The notes beneath the pieces are model-generated. The model was given only the letters and a program-made list of their open reading frames with translations, was not told where the DNA came from and did no database searches. Below, one piece after another: positions 52,247 through 61,113 of a stretch of DNA of 64,000 nucleotides (the stretch's first letter is position 1; every line of letters starts with the position of its first letter). Location of the stretch: positions 1,550,001 through 1,614,000 of the forward strand of contig NC_081331.1 in NCBI RefSeq assembly GCF_022539665.2, written 5' to 3'. The DNA comes from Daphnia carinata. Its lineage: Eukaryota. The position numbers and the translations under genes are program-made.

Positions 52247-53956
52247 ATGAAACTTTTGGTAAGCTATTTCTCTTATTCATTTTTAAAACGAGAAACAATA
52301 ATCATTCTGATATCTCTTCAGATTGTCGCCCTGTTCTTGGCTTGCGCCTCTGCCCAGTATTTGCCGTATGGCTATTACGGCGTTCCCATTCCAACTGCAA
52401 GCCAATTTCACGCTCAGGATGCGCTAGGTCAAGCTTCATTTGGTTATGCTTACCCAGGACAGGCCGCTACTAACTACCGCGACCCTTTCGGTAACCAAGT
52501 TGGCTCTTACGCTTACGTCAACCCCAACGGAAAGGAAATCCGCGTCAGCTACGTCGCTGATAGCCAGGGCTTCCGCGTCCTGTCCAACGATCTGCCTCAA
52601 TCTCCAATCGATGAAGGCAAAGCGCCCGTTTTTGAAGGCAAGGCTCCCGTTTTTGACGGTAAGGCACCCGAGCCCGTACAGGACACACCTGAAGTAGTTG
52701 CCGCTAAGGCCGAGTTCTTCAAGCTGTTCAAAGAAGCTGAAACTGCCGCAGCATCCGCCCCAGCCGTCGAAGCCGCTCCCGTTGCTGACGCTCCAGTTGC
52801 CCCAGTTGCCGAAGTCGCCCCCGTTGTTGAAGCCCCTGTTGCCCCAGTTGCACCAGTGGAAGATGCCCCAGTCGTTGTCGAAGCGAAAGTAGCTGCTGCA
52901 CCCGCTGCCGAAGTTGAATGGAAAGCTCCCGAGCCCGTTCAGGACACCCCTGAAGTCGTTGCGGCCAAGACTGAATTCTCCAAACTCTACAAGGAGGCCG
53001 CCGCTGCCGCTGACGCCGTTGATGAGGAAGGAAAACCTACTGCCGTTGCAACCCCCGTCGTGGTTGAGAGCGTACGCAGGAAGCGTCAAATTCCATTCTT
53101 CCCCGCAGCTTTTCCCTACGCCTCGGCTGTTTACCCTGCCGCTCTTCCCGCTGTTAGGTACGTTGCTCCCGCTCCCTTGGTAGGCAAGACCACCTTCAAG
53201 ACCGTCACCGCCGAAGCTGACCTCACCGCGAAGACCCCAGCTGACACCAACAAATTTGACTTGAAGGAAAAGAGCTTCGACGTTGTTACCCCCCTTGCCT
53301 ATCACCTGCCCTACACTTACAACTATCACTTCGCTCCTGCTGATGCCCCAGTTGCTGCTGATGCCCCAGTCGCCGTTGAGAGCGCCCGCAAGAAGCGCCA
53401 GGTCGTCGCTGTTTTGCCCAACAAGCAGTTCATCGATGATCTCCACTACAGGAGCGTTGACTTGAACCAGGACGGCCAACCCGACAAGGCTGTTCTCCCC
53501 GTTTACCCAACTTTCCACTACGCTGCTGCTTTTCCTACACTCAAGTACGTCCCATCCGCAGTTGCTCCCGTTCCGTTCGTGGCTAAGACCACCGTGAAGG
53601 CCGTCACTGCTGAGGCTGATCCGTCCGCCAAGACCCCTGCTGCCACCACCAAGTTTGATTTGAAAGAAAAGAGCTATGATGTTGTTACTCCTCTGGTTTA
53701 CCCCTTCCCCCACGCTTATCCCTTTGTCGCTGCTGCACCCGCACCTGCTGCGGCCGCTCCCGTCGCCGTTGAGAGCTCACGCAAGAAGCGCCAAGTCACT
53801 GTCGTTCCCACCAGCCAGTTCTTCAGGGATTTTGCTTACAACAGCGTTGATTTGAACAAGGATGGTCAACCCGACAAAGCCGTTTATACTGCTCCCCTTG
53901 CTTACTCAGCATTCTACCCTTATCCCTATCCTTACGTTAACGGATTCTATGGTTGA
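52247..53956 (+). CDS. Cuticular protein (R&R chitin-binding domain, two 18-aa cuticle motifs, modular C-terminal repeats), 548 aa
   Basis: TATAAAA at 52176. Exon 1 is 52247-52258 (MKLL), exon 2 is 52322-53956. R&R consensus GSYAYVNPNGKEIRVSYVADSQGF; PVQDTPEVVAAK twice; AAP-rich. Confidence 0.95.
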   Translation: MKLLVSYFSYSFLKRETIIILISLQIVALFLACASAQYLPYGYYGVPIPTASQFHAQDALGQASFGYAYPGQAATNYRDPFGNQVGSYAYVNPNGKEIRVSYVADSQGFRVLSNDLPQSPIDEGKAPVFEGKAPVFDGKAPEPVQDTPEVVAAKAEFFKLFKEAETAAASAPAVEAAPVADAPVAPVAEVAPVVEAPVAPVAPVEDAPVVVEAKVAAAPAAEVEWKAPEPVQDTPEVVAAKTEFSKLYKEAAAAADAVDEEGKPTAVATPVVVESVRRKRQIPFFPAAFPYASAVYPAALPAVRYVAPAPLVGKTTFKTVTAEADLTAKTPADTNKFDLKEKSFDVVTPLAYHLPYTYNYHFAPADAPVAADAPVAVESARKKRQVVAVLPNKQFIDDLHYRSVDLNQDGQPDKAVLPVYPTFHYAAAFPTLKYVPSAVAPVPFVAKTTVKAVTAEADPSAKTPAATTKFDLKEKSYDVVTPLVYPFPHAYPFVAAAPAPAAAAPVAVESSRKKRQVTVVPTSQFFRDFAYNSVDLNKDGQPDKAVYTAPLAYSAFYPYPYPYVNGFYG

Positions 53957-55565
53957 ATTGTTTTGTAACACAGCACTTGATCTGGACAATTAGAACGTAC
54001 AAAACCTATAGCCGAATATGATTATCAACCCAACATTTGACGTGTGCCGATCACCTTGCAGTTCTACCATTTAGTGTACATTCTTTCAATTTTGTTTTTT
54101 GTTTTTGTTTTGTTTTTTTCCAAGGAAGAAAAGTTGGTGGTAGCTTGTTGAACTGTCTTTGAACATGTCAACAAGACGGAATATCCATACAATTGTTAAC
54201 ATTACACAAAATCAAAGACATTGCATCTTGAATTTTATGGCAGATGAGAGGCGATAAGTAATCGCGTTGGTCAGAGAATATTAGACGAGTGGCACCGTTA
54301 CCAGTTCCACGTAAAAAGATCAACGTACTCATAAATAACAGTGAACGGGCAGTTGCCATGAAATCAACCGGTTTTAGTCATTACTAATTTTTTTAAAGAA
54401 TAAGAGCCATGGGCATTGTTATACAAACCAGTTAAGACTCCCGTGATTCTTCGAACTGTACTGCAAAGGTCATTGTTTCTACAAAAGAACATGGCAAATA
54501 AACATGGACAGAAATTAATTTTTAAAAATTGCACACTATTTAGTGACGGTCTCAATAAATAGCCGGAAGCATTCCGTCTTTTTCAAACGCGATAGATTCC
54601 AACGGTAGTCACTTTGGTTTGATAAATGCGAGTCCTTGTTTACGTCACCCTCTTTAGATAACTGCCATTCGCAATGAAATCTACACGAAAGAAAGCTTTC
54701 AGAATTCAGTTTTGAACTAATCAATCAGTCAATACACTGAAGACAGTGTCACTCGAAATGATAAAATCAGTGCCAACAAGACAGGGCGTTTCCTCCGCTC
54801 GAGCTATTGGCTCTATCCAGGTAGTCCACTTGAAGGTACACGTCAAAGACGTTCACTAAGAACGCTCACTTGACCGTCAATACCTCCAGATGGCATTCTC
54901 AGAGATAGCCTTAAGGAAAGGATATTTGCAAATCGCCACAAGAAACATCATGTCATGATTTCACAACTCTGACACACGCATCGTCTACAATTAATGCAAA
55001 GGCTATCCTCCAACGGCGTGTAATACACCACGTTTATCTCATTTATATTATAGTTTACATTAAATTGACCTAACAGTCGGCTGAATGACAATCAATAAAA
55101 CATTTAAACGTCATAAAACCAAAATGATTTTTGAGGTCCTTGTTTGAGAAGCTCTTTGCAATTGGGGATTTATTAATACCATAACGGAACATTTGAAAAC
55201 AATTTCAGAAACAAAATGTTTCAAAAAATGATGGCACACGCAAAACGTGTCACACGCTGATACGGGTGTGGCTCATGAAAAAAATAAAAGCGGGGAATTG
55301 CTAAAGCAAAAAAAAAAAAAGCGCGATAACTACACATACTCCGGTTTTTCAAGGTTAATGCGGATCCACCCAAGAACGTTAGTTTGACCATGAAATCAAC
55401 AAAACAAAAAACGAAGTTCATCTTCGTCAAACAAAACCAAGTGTACCACGCCTAGTCCTTGTTAGAAAAATCCAGAATAACGCTACATACTTTTCATATA
55501 AAAAGACGATTGAGAATCAAACTCGGCACTTGATTTGCAGCTTCTGTTCTATTCAAGCAGTCAAA

Positions 55566-56627
55566 ATGAAAGTCTTGGTAAGCCATATTGTCTTTGTTTA
55601 TTACATGTAGCATAAAAAAAAAAAAACATTAGATAGACATCAACTTAAACTTATTATAAAATTTGTCCTTACAGATCCTTAGCGTTTTCTTGGCTTGTGC
55701 CTCTGCCCAGTACTACCCAATTGGCTACTACCCCGGTTTCACCAACCAATACCACGCCCAGGATGTTCTCGGACAGGCCTCGTATGGTTTCTCTCACCCC
55801 GGACAGTCTGCTGCCCATTACCGTGACGCTGCCGGAAACCAAGTAGGATCTTACGCTTACATCAACCCGGAAGGCAAGCACGTCAGCGTTTCATACACAG
55901 CTGATCACAGAGGTTTCCGCGTTTTGTCCAATGACTTGCCTGTTGCTCCCGTGGCTCCCGTTGTCGAGCTCAAGTCTCCCCAACCCGTTCAGGAGACCCC
56001 TGAAGTAGCTGCTGCTAAAGTTCAGCTCTTCAAGCTCCAAAGGAAGCAGCATCCGCAAGCCGTACTAAGCGCCAGGTTCCTGTCTACCCGGCTGCTCTGC
56101 CATACACCGCTCCTTACTATCCCTTCTACCACACCGCATTGCCCGCTGTTGCCGCTCCTTTGGTAGCTAAGACCACCGTGAAGGCCGTCACTGCTGAAGC
56201 TGATTTGACTGCCAAGACTCCAGCTGACACCAACAAATTCGATCTGAAGGAAAAGAGCTATGATGTTGTTACTCCATTGGCGTACCACACTCCATATTTC
56301 TACTCTTATCCTTTCTACCCCGCTGCTGCTGCCGCCCCCGTCGCTACCGAGAGCTCCCGCAAGAAGCGACAGGTTCCCTTTTTGCCTTACAGCACGGGTT
56401 TCTACCACCCCGGTGCCCAGTTCGTTGCTCCAGCTCCATTGGTCGCCAAGACTACATTGAAAACCGTCACTGCTGAGGCTGATTTGGCTGCCAAGACTCC
56501 AGCCAGTACTAACAAGTTCGACTTGAAGGAGAAGAGCTTCGATGTTGTCACTCCTTTGGCGTATCACAATCCTGTCGCTTACCCATATCCTCATACCTAC
56601 CCTTTTGTCAACGGATTCTATGGTTAA
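55566..56627 (+). CDS. Cuticular protein paralog 2 with a 1-nt frameshift near 56040 (assembly error or pseudogene allele)
   Basis: TATAAAA at 55497. Exon 1 is 55566-55577, exon 2 starts at 55675. R&R domain and PVQETPEVAAAK, then homology continues in another frame (ASRTKRQVP...) to TAA at 56627. Confidence 0.85.
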
Positions 56628-57779
56628 AATGCCACTAGACGGACTTGATGTGCTGGACAACGTCAATATAGATCCCCTACTGATTCCTGTCACAATTTGA
56701 TCTTTTGAATAGCTATCGTTTTGATGTTTTGTTGATGAGACAAGCACTAAAACAAATTTTCACTTTAGTAATCAAATAAAATTGGTTTTTGCAACGAACA
56801 AAAAAACGCGCTGAATGCATTCAACACAGCTTGTTTCAATTGATATATACAGCTTTAATTGGGGAAAAGCAGTCCTTCAATAACTGATCGACAAAACATA
56901 TGATCGGTAATCATAAACCTGTATTTGCAGCATACAAATTGAATTCTATGTACTTAAATTTTGAAACGAACAAGTTTTTTCCTAGTTGTAAATGTAGAAA
57001 AGCATAGCGACAACATTTCAATGTCGTCTCGTACACCTCCTGACGTATTTGTATACGATAGCCTTACAAGCGTAGCATTTCACTTGGATACCCGATAATC
57101 GTCGCAAAACATTTAAGCATGCTTCCTCTATTCGTTAATTTTGGGCTATTGTTACGAATTGATGGTAGAGTAAACAAATGAAATAAAGATAACGGATTGA
57201 ATCTTATTTCTAGCCCATGTCATACGAATGACTCTTTGGAGTTCCAATTTGTTAGGATGGAGAGAGTTAGCGATAAAGCATCCTCAAGCAGTATTAGGGT
57301 AGAGTCTTTTATTGCAATGAGATATTGGCTTGTGAAGTAAATATCATTCTATTAACTTTACGGCTTAAAAAAAATATCATTTTTATTTTGTCCTTTTTTG
57401 GCAATCGAACTCCGTGAGCACGATCACGTGAAACTAAAGCGTGTCAAGATTGAATCAGTAAAGAAGCCAGTGTATGTAAGTAATCAATATACACAAGGCA
57501 TTTGGGTGTGGTCACCGCGAAAACCAGAAACCGGAACATAGTGTTTACGCAGAGATGACTCCAACCCATCGACACAACTTTCAAGGTTATTTCAATTCGT
57601 TCACACAAGTGAATGCTGACCGTGAAAGAAACAAATAAGGATACATAAAAGACTTGTTCAGATTAAAGGGAGTAGTCTATCGCCCGTGGTCAAATTTCGC
57701 AAGAAATTCGAGTATAAAAAGATGGACACCAATTGCATTCGGCACTTGGTCTTCTGTTCTGTCCTCTACGAGCAACAAC

Positions 57780-58770
57780 ATGAACGTCTTGGTAAATCAC
57801 TATTATCCTAATCAACTTAAATTCTAATTAAAAAAACAAAACAATTATTTTAACACACGGTCGTGTACGTTTACAGATCCTTAGCGTCTTCTTGGCTTGT
57901 GCCTCTGCCCAGTATTACCCTCTTGGCTACAGTGGCTACGTCTATCCCGGTTTCACTAACCAATATCACTCCCAGGATGCTTTTGGCCAGGCCGCTTACG
58001 GTTATGCTTACCCCGGACAGACTGCATCCAACTACCGCGACGCTTACGGAAACCAAGCCGGCTCTTACGCTTACCTCGGACCACAAGGAAAGGAAGTTCG
58101 CGTAAACTACGTTGCCGATGCTCTCGGCTTCCGCGTTTTGTCCAACAACCTGCCTGTGGCTCCCGAAGATACTCCCGAAGTCGCTGCTGCTAAGGCTGAA
58201 CACACTAAGTTGGTAAAAGAGGCCCTGGCCAAGAAGGCCAACGAGCCCGCCAGCCGCACTAAGCGCCAGGTCCCTTTCTACCCGGCTGCTCTGCCCTACA
58301 CCGCACCTTACTATCCTTTCTATCAAACTGCATTGCCCGCTGTTGCCGCTCCTTTGGTAGCTAAGACCACATTAAAAACCGTCACCGCTGAAGCTGACCT
58401 CACCGCCAAGACCCCAGCTGATACCAACAAATTTGAGTTGAAAGAGAAGAGCATTGATGTTGTTACCCCATTGGCGTACCACACTCCATATTTCTACTCT
58501 TATCCTTTCTACCCCACTGTTGCTGCTGCTCCCGTTGCCACCGAGAGCTCCCGCAAGAAGCGTCAGGTTGTCGCTGTTCCCGCACCCACTCAGCAGTTCC
58601 TTGATGACCTCAAGTACAAGAGCGTTGATTTGAACCAGGACGGCCTGCCCGATAACGCTGTTGTTCCAGTTGCTCCAGTTCTCCCAGCTTTCCCTTTCGT
58701 GCCTTATTCAGCCTATGCTTACTCTAGCTACTATCCAACGGCCTACCCTTTCGTCAGCAAATTCTATTAG
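57780..58770 (+). CDS. Cuticular protein paralog 3 (R&R, 18-aa motif, modules)
   Basis: TATAAAA at 57713. Exon 1 is 57780-57791, exon 2 is 57877-58770. GSYAYLGPQGKEVRVNYVADALGF and PEDTPEVAAAK. Confidence 0.95.
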
Positions 58771-61070
58771 AAAATGCAAACGGACTGACACAGCGATTAT
58801 TGAACACCCATCGAGTAATAACTTGACTGTTGCACATGTGCAGGGATGATGGCGGAAAATTTGAATTGGGAATGATTACACTTTTGTTTGTTTTTTCTGA
58901 AAAGGAATTGTATTTTCATTTGATTTTCAAAGAGGTTATAAGGTAAGGGAGTGGGTGATATTCGATCCGATTCACAATGGAAGTGCTGTCCTGGTGACAG
59001 TTGACAAATGGAATGGAATTCAGCCTGAAGTTGGATGAATTGTCATTTCTAGTTTTAACATTTTCGCATTTACATATACCTGTAGCGTGAGGTAAACAAA
59101 AAGACGACAAACTGAGATTCTTATTCGTGGCGTTCTCAGATAACTGCTGCTGTCTACCAAGGAAAACATATTTGAAATAATGTCCGACGTTCAGTTTGCA
59201 AATTTATACGTGATTTTTTTGTTTGACAATTTGTGTACCCATCCTGCGAGAAAAATGATCACCCATCCCACTATATGAGCCACTGCTTCGCTGCGTCCTT
59301 GCATATTACCTACAGCCATGCAAGTTTCCAGGAGTCAGGGAAAGGAAAATTGGAAAAGAAAAAATAATTATTCAGAACAAATTCGTTTTCCGTCCCCCTC
59401 CCCTTCTTATTTCCTTGTCCCAGAATCAGTGTGGGTCATTTTCAGTTACGCCTCCATTGCAGCTGGCGTTTCAGTTGCGTAAGGCAAGGTACTATAGTTT
59501 ACTCCGCCATGGCTACGACCATGGTATAGAACTGTATGTGAACCGTGCACTATTCATGTGCCGTACACTATTCGCATGCACTGTGTGTGCAAAAAGACTC
59601 CACCTTGTTAGAATCGGAAGCCATGGGAGGGATGTGTATGGAGTGCACGGAGATCGGGAGGTGGCGGAAATTGTACACGAGACAACGAATTACAAGGCGA
59701 GAGCGATAACAACTGTGCCAGGGTCACACATCAAAATCGAAGCTGCCTTTCATCGACACCTGTTCAACGTAAAGGGGTAGGGTGAGATATTGTATCTTTT
59801 ATGTGTAATGTATTCTAGTGCAGAAGGGTACTACAATGCGATCAAAACTGAAATTTCCATTAGCAAATTCGCAAACGGAGAAGGATTGCCATATAGATAT
59901 GGGGATTGTCATAGGCGTGAGTCGTTCAATGCCGATGGCCTTTTTACGTAGATGGCGGTACGAGGTAAATTGAAAGTTCTTTAGATAGTTGGTTACCTTT
60001 TCACAGGATGGCGTGCAGGATGGTGTCTATGAAAAATAAAAGAACGACTAACAATCGCCTGCGTGAAATAAACGTGGATAGAAACGAGAGAATTTGGCGT
60101 TTATTTCTTAGCCAAAAGCTGCAGGACTTGTGTCGGTGGGACGAGACAAACCGAGTGAAATAGATCGATTCATACCCCTCAAGTCAATTAAAAATATTTT
60201 CGCTCTTTTGCTGTCCCGCTTCCATTTCGACACAATTATCACGACAACAAATTCATTTGCATGAGATGATCGATGGAAAGAAATCAGCTCATTTAACTAA
60301 CCCTCATCGTCCGCCAGCTATTTGCCTAGTCTCCGTCCTTTGAGCAGATTAAATTTCGAAGCAATAATACAAATTTTGCGTGTCTCTTTAGGGCAGAAAA
60401 TCTTAGATCGTCTTCATCATCAGTGGACGCTGCCAAACGAAGCGCCCGTGTAAACGAACACCGCCAGTTCGTCGCTTTGCAATCGTTTTCGTTTTGTTTT
60501 GGGTTGATTGCCTGTAAGCGTTTACGCCAAATAAACGTACCAGTTACATTACAGCGCGCAACTCGTCGGCTACTCAAAGTATTTAAAAAACAAAACAATA
60601 AAAACAAAATAGGAGAGAACAAAAAAAACAAAAACATCCCTGATGGGCTATATAAATACATGTTTTGTTGCGTCTGTCCAAATAATATGTGGAGCTGGTT
60701 ACAGACTCGACTCGTTGTCCTCTTTTGTTGCTATTTTGTTTGTGTTGTTTGCGTATTTAGACAAGCGAACCGCGTCGCTGTTGTGTTGTTGTTGCTGCTG
60801 CGCGCGGGGCTTATCTAATTTTCCCGTGGCGTTGAGTAGGCGTGTCGCCGTGTCTCATCCATCTCCAAAGTATTTAAAAGAGAAACACGAGAGAGTGAGT
60901 GAGATTGAAGGGAAACGGGAATAAGGAATCCAGCGCGCGCACACACGTATATATATGTAGCTCACTCGGCTGTGGTAGTATCCGTTCAAGACGTTCCAAA
61001 TCCCATGTATATATATGAACATCTAAATACATTACGAGCGTGTATAAAGATGTGGCGTGAAGCAACTCAA

Positions 61071-61075
<5 letters not shown>

Positions 61076-61111
<36 letters not shown>
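61076..61111. repeat. (TC)n microsatellite
   Basis: About 18 TC units. Confidence 0.95.

Positions 61112-61113
<2 letters not shown>

Noticed and set aside
52436..53713. 425-aa antisense ORF over cuticle gene 1, and similar ones at 56022-56747 and 57871-58326
   Set aside because: Shadow of strong codon bias in the sense gene (few TTA/CTA/TCA codons); no independent protein features.
59415..60924. ORFs of 90-130 aa downstream of the cuticle cluster
   Set aside because: Mostly non-ATG starts, no domain, no consistent splice chain; a decayed element or lncRNA cannot be excluded.
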